IMG/VR virus record: IMGVR_UViG_3300032038_000010
Coordinates: 1-64,000 of that record
Direction: 5' to 3' (one strand)
Origin: a virus
Taxonomy: Duplodnaviria; Caudoviricetes
DNA: 64,000 nt
Each line of letters starts with the position of its first letter. Position 1 is the first letter of the stretch. Position numbers and translations under genes: made by a program. The notes beneath the pieces are model-generated. The model made no database searches. It was given only the letters and a program-made list of their open reading frames with translations, and had not been told where the DNA came from. Below are positions 27,461 through 39,876 of this stretch, in pieces.

Positions 27461-28216
27461 ATGTAGAGTAAAACAGAAGATTTAACTAATAAAAAATTTG
27501 GACGATGGACTGTATTACATCGAACTGAAAACCCAAAAGGTGGTAGAGATGCTTATTGGCTTTGTCAATGTGAATGTGGTACAATTAGAGCCGTTATAGG
27601 TAAAAATCTAAAAAATGGGCGTTCTACTTCATGTGGTTGTTGGAAAAAAGAACAAAATCGCCAACAAATGATACAATACAATAAAGAACACGCTGCTATT
27701 AATATTACAGGAGAAAAATATGGTTTATTAACTGCATTATAGCCTACCAATGAACGAAAGCGTGGAAGCGTTATTTGGAAATGCAAGTGCGATTGCGGTA
27801 ATATTTGTTATTATTCTGTGGATGAATTGAGACAACAACATAGTATAAAAAGTTGTGGTTGTTTAAATACTTCGTGCGGAGAAAAAATTATTGAAAATAT
27901 ATTAAAAGAAAATAATATTCCATATACAAAAGAATACAAACAAGAAAATTGGAAATTTCCAGATACCAATGGTTATGCAAGATTTGATTTTTATTTACCA
28001 ACATATAATAGATTAATTGAATTTGATGGACGTCAGCACTTTGAAGAAATTAGTGGATGGGATAATGCAACAACACTTGCAGAACGACAAAAACGCGATG
28101 CAATAAAAAATAATTTTGCAAAAGAGCAAGGTATAGATTTAATTCGTATTCCATATTGGGAAGAATCAAATATAACATTAGACAATTTATTAAATGAAAA
28201 GTACTTAGTAAAGTGA
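27461..28216 (+). CDS. free-standing homing endonuclease (CxCxCG repeats plus Vsr/DUF559-like nuclease); in-frame TAGs including codon 2
   Basis: KFGRW...CQCECG...SCGC twice, RFDFYLP, LIEFDGRQH, IRIPYW; open from ATG 27461 if TAG is sense. Confidence 0.8.
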
Positions 28217-28265
28217 TTGCGGCAGCCGCGGGGTGAAACGTCACTAACCGCGAGCCGCCGCAACA

Positions 28266-28598
28266 ATGTCATTTTCAATATGTAAAAGGAGAGAAAGTAT
28301 GGTAGTAAAACAGTTTGATACAGAAAGAGACGCAGCATTAGCATTTAATCTTTTACAGAATTTAGAGAAAGCAATAGTAGCTTCAAAAAAGGCTTTCAGA
28401 CTTCCAGAGATTGAAGATGTAATCTTTAATGATCCAGCAACAATTGTTTTCTGGTCTGATGGTACAAAGACAGTAGTTAAGTGCCAGGAGGATGACGAAT
28501 GGGATCCTGAAAAGGGACTTGCAATGGCTATCTCAAAGAAAGCTCTCGGTAATAAAGGAAACTTCAATGATAAGTTTTCCTATTGGCTTGAAGAATAA
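28266..28598 (+). CDS. conserved phage hypothetical protein
   Basis: VIFNDPATIVFWSDGTKTVVKC...DPEKGLAMA; probable start 28299. Confidence 0.75.
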   Translation: MSFSICKRRESMVVKQFDTERDAALAFNLLQNLEKAIVASKKAFRLPEIEDVIFNDPATIVFWSDGTKTVVKCQEDDEWDPEKGLAMAISKKALGNKGNFNDKFSYWLEE

Positions 28599-28603
28599 AG
28601 CAT

Positions 28604-28650
28604 AAAAAAATTGCCCCTATGTGATAATAATGTCACATAGGGGCTTTTAT
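28604..28650. terminator. bidirectional intrinsic terminator at the convergence of the two arms
   Basis: A-tract, GCCCCTATGTGA...TCACATAGGGGC, T-tract. Confidence 0.8.
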
Positions 28651-28775
28651 TTGTTTGGTCTTGGCTTCGGGGCGCAGTCGAGTGTAATCTTGAAACCAAA
28701 ATTGCTTTTGAACTTTTTGAATCTAAAAATAAGCCTTTGCTAAAAAGCAAAGGCTTATGTATAAACTTAGTTAAA

Positions 28776-30254
28776 TCAGAACTCAGCCCAGGTCAAGCCT
28801 TCGCTGACTAGACTATCTGCATACTTCTTAGCACCTGCGATAGTGTTGCTATCTTTGGTATCTGTAGTAGAATCACCAAGGACTGCGGTCTTAACTGCAT
28901 CTGCGGAGCCCTTTGCGTCATAGTTACCAGCGAGGCTGTCTGCATACTTCTTAGCACCGAAGACTGTATTATCAGTAGCGTCATCAGTCTCTTCACCCCG
29001 AACTTCGTCAATTTCCTTGACCAGAGATGTCTTAACATTGAAGGAGAGATTCTGCGCATACTTCTTAGCACCGAAGACTGTATTAGCAGTAGCTTGATCA
29101 TCCGGTTTACCCAGAACTGCGGCAGCAGCACCGGCCGCATCAAAGCTAGCTGCACTCTTGCCAGAATCAGTTAAGTTACCATTAGCATCGAGTCCTGCGA
29201 AGTTACCATCAGTAGCTCCAGTAACCTTATCAGCCTTAGCACCAAGACCTGTGCCAGAACCACCAATTACACCATCAATACGTTCAAGAGCAGCTCCAAC
29301 TGTTTCGCCATCTGCGGCGCCTTCAGCTGTTTCTGCCTTATACTCTACATCAGTAGCTTTAGGAGCGTAGTTTACAACGCCATTGGTCTTTGTAAGAGCT
29401 GCACCATTAACCTGTACTGTCTGTACTGCGCTATCAGCTTTATCAAGAGATGCCTGAACAGTAGTAGCAAGTTTAGCTTTTGTAACAGTACCATCTGTAA
29501 TTGTAGCAGTTACTTTATGGTCATCACTAACATTAACAACAACCATATCGCCATCTGCGGAACCAGCAGTTACATATTCAATCAGGTCTGCAACATTGAT
29601 ATATACCTTGTCATTTGTTGCATTAGCAAGAGTAAGAACAAGGAATGTACCCTTGTGAGTTGCATCATCAAGTGTCTCAACATCACCGCTAGATACTACC
29701 ATATCCTTAGCAATGTTAATAGGTACACCAACATTAGTACCGTTCTGTGTTACATGATAAACTGCTGCATATTCACCAGGAGCTTCATCTTTTGTGACAC
29801 TAATTACTGCTGCTGAAGCAGTAGCAGATACCTTAGCATATAAAGCTTCAAGAGCCTCTTGAATATTAGCTGCGGCAGTATCATCAGCTTTATTAAGACC
29901 TGTGATAGTCGTGATTTCAATGTCAGAAGCTACAAGAGCATCAATAGCATCCTTGATAGATTTCTTTACTGAACCCGCAGTTGTTTCATCAGCGTTAAGA
30001 GTTTTAAGCGCTGTAGTGTTTGCGGTTGCCGCTGTCTTAAGTTCATTGATAGCTGCTACGACTGTTGACTTCTCTGTTGTAGTTAAGTCTCCAAGAGAAC
30101 CTACAATATCATTTACATTTCTACCTGTAAGGTCTTTGTCGCCCTTGAAGATTGCTCCGCCCTTATCGGTAATGAAATAAAGGGTGTTAGCATCCTTAGC
30201 CGGGATGGCCTGGTATTTCTCAAAAGAACCAAATGCAAATTTTACATTAGCCAT
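28776..30254 (-). CDS. virion fibre/structural protein
   Basis: A/T/D/G-rich, KADKVTGATDGNFAGLDANGNL, three NT(V/I)xGAKKYA repeats; no TAG. Confidence 0.7.
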   Translation of the reverse strand: MANVKFAFGSFEKYQAIPAKDANTLYFITDKGGAIFKGDKDLTGRNVNDIVGSLGDLTTTEKSTVVAAINELKTAATANTTALKTLNADETTAGSVKKSIKDAIDALVASDIEITTITGLNKADDTAAANIQEALEALYAKVSATASAAVISVTKDEAPGEYAAVYHVTQNGTNVGVPINIAKDMVVSSGDVETLDDATHKGTFLVLTLANATNDKVYINVADLIEYVTAGSADGDMVVVNVSDDHKVTATITDGTVTKAKLATTVQASLDKADSAVQTVQVNGAALTKTNGVVNYAPKATDVEYKAETAEGAADGETVGAALERIDGVIGGSGTGLGAKADKVTGATDGNFAGLDANGNLTDSGKSAASFDAAGAAAAVLGKPDDQATANTVFGAKKYAQNLSFNVKTSLVKEIDEVRGEETDDATDNTVFGAKKYADSLAGNYDAKGSADAVKTAVLGDSTTDTKDSNTIAGAKKYADSLVSEGLTWAEF

Positions 30255-30270
30255 GCCTTATATATCCTCC

Positions 30271-30669
30271 TTAAAATGTTGTCCATTCGATGTTTGCTTG
30301 ATTACAAGAAATTTCTTCCTTAGTTGCTTTATCATCGTCAGAATAAGTTAATAAAACTATCATAGGTGTATTGTCTTTAACCTAACTATAAAAAATTACT
30401 TTCTAGTTAGTTTCTGTATCTTTAGTTACTGTAAGTGTGCGCGGGGCCCGGTCAATCACCGTCATGACCTAGCCCTCCGCGTCTTCTTTATAGTACCCAG
30501 AGAGTGAATAGACACCGTATGGTAGTGTTTGTAGCTAGATGGGAGCATCTTGAGTCCCCCTCGCTGTGGCGATAGGCTTGTTATATAGTTTATCATAGTC
30601 AGTTGTTCCGCCCCCACCACCGGAGCCGCCGCCTGCCCTGAAGCTACCATAAAATGAAACCCCACTCAT
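30271..30669 (-). CDS. structural hypothetical protein (4 in-frame TAG)
   Basis: MSGVSFYGS...GGGTTDYDKLYNKP..., ends TAA. Confidence 0.65.
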
Positions 30670-30688
30670 TAATACGGTCTCCTTTCAA

Positions 30689-30967
30689 TTAATAAACAAA
30701 GTCTATAGTAGCTTGAGCGCCTTCGGGGAAAATTAGACTTTTAACATTAACTATTGAGTCCAATTCAAAAACACCAGTTTCACAAATCTCCATTTCCACG
30801 CCATTGATAAGAACCTTAGTTCCAGGTTCTGTGATGATACCAATCTTATAAAGAATCGGTGCGGTTGTTTCTGGAGTCTTCAAATCTATTGCTCCGCCTT
30901 TAGCGAGGAGGTCTACGCCGGCTTCGAATGTTCCCTTTACTTGATTATATCGACCATTCAATACCAT
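30689..30967 (-). CDS. small structural protein
   Basis: resembles 39877..40170. Confidence 0.65.
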   Translation of the reverse strand: MVLNGRYNQVKGTFEAGVDLLAKGGAIDLKTPETTAPILYKIGIITEPGTKVLINGVEMEICETGVFELDSIVNVKSLIFPEGAQATIDFVY

Positions 30968-31462
30968 AGTTATTTATCCTCCTTTGATCAGGCTTTATTC
31001 GCCTTCTATAATATTTTATTTTCTGTAGAGGTTGTCTATAATTGTTTTTGTCCTCAAGAATAACTTTTTTTATTCTCTACAGATTAGATATAGGAGTACA
31101 ATAAAAATCTGCAGTCCAAAACCAGGGAAGATTCAAATTTCTTGCGTTTTCATTGAATTGACAACAAAACATATCTTTCTTTAATTTATAAATAACATTA
31201 GGCTTACCGACAGTTAAAGAATTAATTTCTTCAATTAACTTTCCACGCTCTTCCCAATGTCCATCATCATTACCAACTAAGCAGTCTCTGCTATGTTGAC
31301 TAGATGCAAAACACGCTAACTGGCCAGCCGGTGTATAAAGAGACTCGTCCTAAAATCGGTACAACTAGGCCCCCGCAGGTAATAGTGGACCATTCCAAAC
31401 TTGGAAAGGCTTATATACTCTGTAAATTTTATCCATACTCCTTGTATCTCCTTAATTAATTA

Positions 31463-31624
31463 TTAATATTTTTCTCCAGTAAGTTCTTCAAACTTCTCTT
31501 TTGAAATAACATTATTTTCTACATCAGCTCTCATTAATTCAAGAACCTTGTCTCTATAGTATGCGGGACAATCTTCAAATCTTTGAGTCTCCGCTTCAAT
31601 TCTATTTCTCCAAATCTTAGGCAT
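31463..31624 (-). CDS. XkdX-like small protein
   Basis: ISKEKFEELTGEKY C-terminus. Confidence 0.55.
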   Translation of the reverse strand: MPKIWRNRIEAETQRFEDCPAYYRDKVLELMRADVENNVISKEKFEELTGEKY

Positions 31625-31838
31625 TAGTCTTTCCTCCCTCTAGTTTAGCTACTTTCTTTTCAAGGGCTTCGATTCTTGCTTCAATGTCTGTATTAAAATC
31701 ACATAAAGCATCCTGTGAATCACTAATGCCGGAAGCATTTTTAATATGTTTTTCCAAGAAATAGTTATCAATTCTTGAATCCAGTGCGTTCATTTGCTTT
31801 TGAACTGAATTAAAAGCTCTTAGTAACTCTTCTGTCAT
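31617..31838 (-). CDS. coiled-coil hypothetical protein
   Basis: RIEALEKKVAKLE. Confidence 0.6.
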   Translation of the reverse strand: MTEELLRAFNSVQKQMNALDSRIDNYFLEKHIKNASGISDSQDALCDFNTDIEARIEALEKKVAKLEGGKTNA

Positions 31839-31842
31839 ATCC

Positions 31843-32952
31843 TTATGTCTCCTTTTTTAACTCTGTTTCAAGCTATTTATATAACAAAGTCATATTGTGC
31901 AACGACAATTTATTATCATATTTTTTAGCGTTACTTGACCAGGATTGAAAACTCATCTCTATTGCCGAGAAAGGTATTTTACCTTCTCTAACCTTTTGTC
32001 CTAATTTCTTAAGTTTTCTTCTCTAACTAGTTATATTCTTACGAGATAACTACTTAATGATTTTACCAGTCTGAATAACTCTAATATTTTTCTTTAAGAA
32101 AGTCATTCCATGACCTATTTTAGTAATTTTTATTTTGGTAGGTTTTAAAGTTAAATCTAACGCATCAGCTTCTTCATGTAACGCATTGACAATTTGTAAT
32201 GCTTCTTCTTTAGTATGGACAATCGCATAGCTATCATCCATATATCTACCATAATATTTACAATGCTCTTTCTATTTAATTCTCTTATCTAATGAAGTAG
32301 GATAATAAATAGCGCAGATTTGAGATACTTGGCTACCTAGACCAAGCCCTCTATTTCCGAAGCAATTAATAAAATATTCAGTTAATTCTAATATATCTTT
32401 ATCTGGAATGATTTGCTAAAGTTTCTAAAATAATATCTAATGATTAATGCTATTAAAGAAATCGGAGAAATCAAATACAACTACATAAAAATCATTTCCC
32501 CATTCTCTATATGCTTTCTCTAAATGTTTATACAATCTCTATAAAGTAAATTGAACACCTTTGTCCTTTAAACTAGCGCCATTATCATATATTAGATATT
32601 TCTGAATTACAGGAATAAGGTAATAATCGCATAAACATCTTTGAACAACTCTTTCAGATATATGTACTGCACGAATATGTCTTTTCTTTCCACGCTACAT
32701 AATATTAAACTAAACAAAACCTCTGCTTTTATAGGTTTTATTTAATAATCGATTGCGTAATTCAATTAATTCAGTTGGAAAATTTTGCTAATATATTTGA
32801 ATACTAGCTTTCCACCTAACACCTTTTCTACATTGAAAAAATGAACTAATTAAATTATCTAATGAAAACAACTAATCTAATGTATGTGGAATATTATCTT
32901 TCTTATTCGCTTTCTTTTGTTGTTGTCGTATGATTCTATTAATCTTTTTCAT
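31843..32952 (-). CDS. DGR reverse transcriptase (369 aa, ~12 in-frame TAG)
   Basis: KGVRWK, RGKKRHI, ERVVQRCL, IYDNGAS, DFSDFF, GLGLGSQVSQ, YGRYMDD; ends TAA. Confidence 0.93.
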
Positions 32953-33287
32953 AATATTAAACAAAAAAAATATTCCCAAGGCAGTGGGTGGTAATATCTA
33001 ATTTACTAACTGCTTATATAATAAGATTTGAAAAATTGAATAAATTAGAAAAACTTCAATTCCAAGCGTAGGTAGCAAACACTCATTATATCCTGAGAAT
33101 CAATTTAATAAATTAAAAATAATTTATAGAGTCATCAGTTCCTTCAAATGTTTATTTCAATAATTATATACTAAATTTATAGTACCACAAGACACTATAA
33201 TAAAGTTATATCCTAGATCAGCCTCATTACCAATCTATCTAACAGATAGTATATATAATTTAAATGTTTAAGAATAAACATTTAAAT

Positions 33288-33415
33288 CGCAGGCAACAAA
33301 CCCATTGTTACCGTTGGCCGCGTTATTGTTGTTGGCACTCCCGTTCGAGTTCACATTGCAGAAGTTATTTGAATTGCCCGAATTAACTGAACGCAAGAAC
33401 CAGTTATTAGCGGAA
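33288..33415 (-). repeat. DGR template repeat (TR)
   Basis: 128-bp match to the VR; AAY-rich; flanked by hairpins at 33259-33286 and ~33413-33435. Confidence 0.95.
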
Positions 33416-33620
33416 GGGCGCATAAAGCGCCCTTCCAAAACTAACAAACAGTATCCTTTTTAAGCGAAACAAAATTAAAACAAGTAAATAAGGAAAACTA
33501 GAATATGAAGACGAAGTATCAGGAGAAAACTGACCAACAATCAACGAAATAAGTCCAACTTCACTTCGAGATCATTGCTAGTTTCCAACTAATAACTCGT
33601 TACTATTTTTGGTTGATAAG

Positions 33621-34043
33621 TTACTTTTTATTCATCTTTCTATGGTCATTCGCTAAATCATGAATGGCATTATCTAAAGATTGAATACATTTGAACAATT
33701 GATTATATAATTGTTCTTTCTAATGCGGAGTCATTTGTTTATGGTCATCATATAACTCTGTATAGACTGACAGTTCAGCATTAAATGCTTGTAGCGTAGT
33801 ATAGGCTTGCATTAAAGCGTCATGGGCTTCTTCATAATCTTTCTAATTAGCCATTTTTCTATAAAAATTATATCCTATAACCTAGTGCTAGTAAACAAAT
33901 TGAGCCATCCCCTAGAACTTACCTAAGAAAGTAAGATTAAAACGCTTTTTCTACCCATATCTAAATAACATGACAACTAAATCTCTGCCGTCTTTTAAAT
34001 ATTCTGTAGAAGCAAGGTCTCTACTAGATACTAGAACTGACAC
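33621..34043 (-). CDS. avd: DGR accessory (Avd-like) protein, 6 in-frame TAG
   Basis: GTG start after AGGAGGTG, MSVLVSSRDLASTEYL, 140-aa helical protein between target and TR. Confidence 0.7.
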
Positions 34044-34096
34044 CGATTAGTTCACCTCCTTTCTATATCCTTCTATATATCGAAAAATTTTACCCA

Positions 34097-36187
34097 TTAA
34101 GCTGAAGCGCAGGCAACAAACCCATAGCCACCGGCGGCCGCGCGATTGTAGTCGGCACTCCCGCCCGAGCTCACAAGGCAGAAGTAATGTGAACTGCCCG
34201 AATAAACTGAACGCAAGAACCAGTGATTAGCGGAATTCGTTGGCGTACCATCTACGTTTGTCCAATGCATTATTTTACGAGAAGAGGTCTTAAAGTAGGT
34301 GTACTGCGTACCTTCGTTTGCAGGAGCATACTTCTTAGCACCTTGTACTTCAAACTCAGATAACATAAATATCTTCTCACTAGAGTCACTTTGCGTAGCA
34401 GAATTATATGACATACAAGTTTTTCTTGTAGTTGTCTTAATAACTTCCTGCCATGGAGTAGGCATAGCTTTTAAGAAGGTATCATTTAACCAAGTACGAC
34501 GTGCGCATTGTGCCCAGCCACCATTATTAGTGTTACTGGAACCATTCATAGTAGAACCACCATTGTTATCACCTTTAACCATTAGGTCTTGCATCCCGAT
34601 AGTGACAGAAGCTGTCGTTTTACCATCTTTAGGAGTAGCAAGTGTATCATGATCAAAATCTAAAATAACAAATCTCATTTTTTGAGCTACATGAGATGCG
34701 GTACCAGGCCATTCTCCTGCATTATTTCCAGATAATTCATTCATAGCAGCTAAATCCATTACAGTAGCCTCATTAACTGCCCAATAATCTTGTAAATTAA
34801 TTCCATTCTCTCCATAAGATGCTTCAATCATTGCAGCAAGCTGTTCTGGTGTACCTTCAGTAAACTGAACCAATTCCAAAAACGTACATTTAACTGCATT
34901 ATCTTTACTTAAATGAGTAGAGATAACAATATTCTATGTTTTAGTTGTTTTACCCTTAGTAGCAGTTACGGTATAAGTATCTGACTTATGAATAACTAAC
35001 ATAGTAGTACCATCATCACCAATAGTGCCTGTATATTCTTCTTTAGTATTAACACCAACAGCTTTAACACTAGCACCTTTATCAGAAGTAACAGTTAACC
35101 AAGCAGTAAAGTACTGATATGTCATTGAATATGATTGCTGTCCATTCGCAATAGCCGTTCTTGAAGCAGTAGCCGCAGGTGTCATCAATCCATCTACTTC
35201 ACTTACACTAACTGTATAACTATGACCAGGTAGAATAACAGCTTTAGCCTCTCCTGCTGCCGTCATAGAAAGATTCTGTGTATACTGACTATCTGTTTGG
35301 TCTGTAACAGTAATAGTATGCGCTCCAAGCTCAGGAACATCTACTCCTTCAATAGGAGCTACACTCGTTGTGATAGTAACAACTTCGCCTTCTACTGTGG
35401 TAACATTAAACTGTGCAACTCTAGTTACTCCACCTTCAGAATATGAAACAGTAATTGTCTGAGGGTCAGTTGCAACAGAAGCAGCAGTTGTCGGTGAATA
35501 AGTAATATTCTCATTGTCCAACACTTCTGTATTACCACTAGTATATGTAGCAGTAACAACCATACCATCAATATTAATAGGATCATTAGCATTATAAGTT
35601 AGCTGAGTAGGTTTCGTAGTAATCTCAATACTATCAAGAACTCTTGATACTGTAAAGCTCTGTGTAGTAGTCTTAGTTACATCACCTTCAGTATAACTTA
35701 CTGTAAATGACTTATCATCTTCATACAGTGCGGTCCCCGCTACAGGGTCTACCGTAACTGAACTTGTGACGTTTTCAGTGGCGCCGCTATTATACTTTGC
35801 AGTAACAACCATACCAGATAGATTAAGCGTTTCACCTGCTGTATAACTTAATTTAGTAGGTGCTTTTGTAATCTCAATGCTATCAAGTGTTCTAGTAACA
35901 ATAATAGGCTGATTTGCTGGATGCGTTGCCCCAGTTGAATCAGTATAAGAAATATCAATCTTTGTTACAGTTTCATATACTGGAGTTCCTTCTGCAGGGA
36001 CATAAGTACAAGAATTAGTAACATCGTCTGAAGTACCATCAGACCATACTGCAACTATCTTTAATCCTGTTAAGTCAAGAAGCTCTCCAGCTTTATAATT
36101 TGTTTTAGTAGGTCTACTAGCAATTTGTAATGTACGCAGCTTTACAGTTCCGTCACCTGACCCACTAGTTAAAAATACTTTCCCCAT
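34097..36187 (-). CDS. DGR target: Ig-like repeats plus C-terminal C-type-lectin-like receptor-binding domain (696 aa)
   Basis: 34934..36187 and 34097..34879 join in frame through one TAG; three IEIT..PTK..Y..G..L...G..V.A.Y repeats; WFLRS...GFVAC. Confidence 0.9.
34108..34235 (-). repeat. DGR variable repeat (VR)
   Basis: 19 differences from TR, all at TR adenines. Confidence 0.95.
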
Positions 36188-36204
36188 TCTCTATTTATCT
36201 CCTT

Positions 36205-36783
36205 TTACTCATCTTCCGCAGCTAATACTGCTATTTGTATATTAATATCAATAGCGTGAGAACTAACAGCATAAAAAATAATACCATTATCTATAGTCTC
36301 ACCATAATAAATATCTGAAAAAGCAAGAGTAGCACCTAAGTCCTTAGCTCCTGCTTCAGAATTTAAACCAACTAATACACTCATAGCTGAAGTAATTCCA
36401 TCAATAGCTACTGTTTGCGTAAAATAACTGTCAGCGGCGACCCACCCAGACCCAGATAAGGTAGCCGTATAGACGGCCGCCACAGATGAAGAAACCGCAC
36501 TCAGCATACCATTTGCATCTGCTGTAATAGTAGTTCCATCAGGTTTAACTAAACCTAACTTATCTTTCGTAGCGGCGCCTGGCTTATTTAAAATCTGCGC
36601 GCGCCCCTTCGTAGCGTTCCAATCTGGAGTTGGATTAATTTCATGTCTAGTTATACCACCATCATCGTCGGCCGCATCTATAAATAATCCACTATCATCT
36701 GTTGTTAAGTAGAACTTTCCGTCAGATAATGTGGCTGGTAGTCTCCCGCTCGGACCACGATTCAAAAGTTTATCTTCTGCCAT
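36205..36783 (-). CDS. tail fibre-associated protein
   Basis: PDWN...QILNKP, ATKDKLGLVKPDGTTI. Confidence 0.7.
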   Translation of the reverse strand: MAEDKLLNRGPSGRLPATLSDGKFYLTTDDSGLFIDAADDDGGITRHEINPTPDWNATKGRAQILNKPGAATKDKLGLVKPDGTTITADANGMLSAVSSSVAAVYTATLSGSGWVAADSYFTQTVAIDGITSAMSVLVGLNSEAGAKDLGATLAFSDIYYGETIDNGIIFYAVSSHAIDINIQIAVLAAEDE

Positions 36784-36796
36784 TTCATTACCTCAC

Positions 36797-37174
36797 TTAT
36801 ACTACACTTAACATACCAATTTTAACTTGTAAGTCTATATCAGGTTTTGTGTCTGCATAAACCGTGATAAAGTTTTTTCCAGTTACACCGTAATAAATAT
36901 AAGCAAACTCTGTTGCTAAGTCATCGTTTTTCATAGCACCCTGATCTGCTGACATAATAATATCAGTTTTATCAGTTATACCATCTACTGTAACGGTTTG
37001 AATGAAGCGACCAGAATTATCACTAATCTCAGTCCAGCCAGACGCAGGGAAAGTTACAGTTAATACTGCGTTCATATCTCCTACAGTTTCACTCAAAGCG
37101 CTAATTTGCTTTTGCAAATCTAAAGCAGATTGTACTTGTTGTACTACATAAGCTGCCTCAGGCCATGCACTCAT
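36797..37174 (-). CDS. tail-associated protein
   Basis: C-terminal domain resembles that of 36205..36783. Confidence 0.65.
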   Translation of the reverse strand: MSAWPEAAYVVQQVQSALDLQKQISALSETVGDMNAVLTVTFPASGWTEISDNSGRFIQTVTVDGITDKTDIIMSADQGAMKNDDLATEFAYIYYGVTGKNFITVYADTKPDIDLQVKIGMLSVV

Positions 37175-37563
37175 TTTAACTCCTCCTTAATAGATGTGTT
37201 ATTTGAAGAGGTTGTAATAGTTGTTTCCTTTCGGCGCAGTTCTGTACCACTTGGCATTTGACGTAATATAGCACTAATAGTAATAGATTTATCTGAATTA
37301 TTTCTAATTCTAGTTGATACTTGATAATATGACTTTGTACTATCGCCCATAACAGCAGAAGTAGCATAGTTTTCAATAATATTCACTACACCATTAGCGT
37401 CTGTATCAATAGTCGTTGAATGATCACCACCAAGTTTAAACTATTCTTCCAGGTCTAACCCACTTGCCATATCAACCAAATTACCATCCGTACCAAAAGG
37501 AATTAAAGAATTGTATGAACTAGAGTTCTTCTCTCTGATTCCTTTAATTCGTTCTATAGCCAT
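37171..37563 (-). CDS. structural hypothetical protein (TAG readthrough)
   Basis: MAIERIKGIRE...SGLDLEE*FKLGG joins 37171..37386. Confidence 0.65.
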
Positions 37564-37619
37564 TCTTAATCTCCTTTTTTACTTCAGTAATAACCTAAAT
37601 ATATTAATCAAAAATGCCC

Positions 37620-39854
37620 TTACTCAGACACCACAAACCAATAACCTTTATCATTTAGTATGGCGGCGTCCGCGTCATCTGGCTTTGAACCAGTACTATC
37701 GGCTTTCGCAACCAGCATCGTAAGATGAGGCTTTACACTTGTAGATGATAAATCCTGGATCTTATACCAACCCTTATTACCGATATAATCATAAGCATAA
37801 AGCTCTATCATACCGCCATTCTCTACAGTTGCAACCCAACCTGCTCTATTTGCGGTCGCCGCATCAGTCCCAAAACCACTCGGATACGCAGCCTTTAAAG
37901 CATCAAGCGAGGTATAATGACCAATGATGTGGTTCCCAGAAAGAATAGGACCTAGATTCTCCCAACGGTATAGCTGGGTCCCCGCACTTTCATTTTTCTT
38001 ACCGTCCGCATCCAGTTCATAATAATTAATCAATCCATCTCTATACTCAGGACTAGACCAGAGAATACATAGATTATCACCATATAATTTTGCATTAACT
38101 ACATAATTTAAGTTATCAGAAATAATTGTTTCATCTCCAATAACAGGGTCGCCACTATCTGTGTGACCTATATTATAATTAGCAAATAGATTCTGCTCTT
38201 GAAGAATATCGCCTTTGTTCTTAATACCAATTTTATTAATTGTTTTCAATTTCAAAGGTAATGTAACAGTATCCTTGACACCATTTGTTTTTGTAGAGTA
38301 AGTAACAACGATAAAATTATCATTATTCAAAGATAAATTATCTACAGACTTTAATGTAGTAGCTAATGTATCTTCATCTCCTGTATTATAGATGATTCTA
38401 ATCGTACCATTATCATCTATAACCATCTATTTAACAAACTTGATTTGTGTAGGAATATATTCAATGTTATGTCCATCCGCATCAGTAGTAGGATAAGAAA
38501 TTACATCACCTTCTGGACTAAGCGTAGGAATATCATTTATAACAATGTTCCCCCTACCATCTCTATTGTAGGTATTATATCTAATAACAAGATTTTGTAG
38601 CTGGTCATCAAAATATACATCTTCAATATTCTTAAATGTACTAACTTGTGTTCTCTCATTTATGTCAGTATACTTGGCATAAACGCTACCATCTTTATCT
38701 ATTGAAAAACCTTCAAGTAGACGAATATTAACAGTATCGTCATCTCCTGCGGTATAATCAATAGTAAGAAGATTAGGAGGAAGCGGGTTCTACTTAATAA
38801 CTTGCCAAACTACTGAACCATCAATAACCTTGCTTCCTTCTACGTAATTAGTTAATACTAAATTGCTATCACTTGTCGTACCTGCGGTTCTACTATCTGA
38901 ATTAGTGCTGCCAATGCACATGAGCAATAACCCGCTAGGTAGTGTATTATTCTTAGCAATAGTACCAATAGCATAAGATGTAGAGCGTGCGGCAGCCTGA
39001 TAAGTAACTGGTTCATTAGTATTACTTGGTGTTATATCTTTAATAACTCTATAAGCACCAATGTTAGTAATTTCCTTTTCACCAGCTTCACTATTTTCAT
39101 AGTTAGTTCTAGTTACTTCAAAATACTGAGCTTCTTCGTCATCTTTATTGACAACTAAATTATTTACATCTGCGCCATGCTTACCTCTAGGTACACTAAT
39201 CTTCCAGCTACCAGTAAAAGGTCTATTAACAGTCTGCTCTGCTAATTCTGCGGGCGCGTCATAAGGACTAACCTCTTCTGCGGAAAGATGTAATACATAG
39301 TATGGAATAGTAATACCTAATTGGCATCCATATACATTACCATCTTTATCCTTTAGCGTAGTATACTTATAAGTAATATTATCTTGTGTATCACCTGCTA
39401 CACTATCAATCTCACCAGTGCCAGACGTTGCGCCATCTGTAATCTCTGACTCTTTTACAATATGCAGTTCTGGAGTCTCGCCCTGCGGACCTACAATCTG
39501 TCCAATATATTCTGCGCCCGCGCCAGGAGCAAGAACATAAGCAGTAAATGCTGTTTTATATGCGGCCGGGTCAGGGTTACCTGTGGTCGGGTCCTTATAG
39601 TCAGATAGGACAGGGGCCGCCGCAATGTCTTCAGTATAATTAAATCCTCTTCGGTAAATTATACCATTCTCAGGGTTTTGCTTCTAATGATTATTTATAA
39701 TAGTATCTATAATAATATACTATCCATAACCTACTTCATTATAACTCCCGCCCTAAGAAAAAGCTTTACACATATCTAATACACTGTCGAAATGTTGTAC
39801 TAGATTATATGTGATGCCTGATTTACCACCATAAAATGATGTTACACTAGACAT
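37620..39854 (-). CDS. large tail/baseplate-associated protein (744 aa, TAG readthrough)
   Basis: MSSVTSFYGG..., GQIVGPQG; same frame as 37620..38426. Confidence 0.7.
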
Positions 39855-39876
39855 CGTTTTTTCCTCCTTTTAACAC

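Noticed and set aside
31843-32952. Retron or group II intron RT
   Set aside because: The LGSQVSQ motif, adjacent TR/VR pair and Avd-like gene identify a DGR
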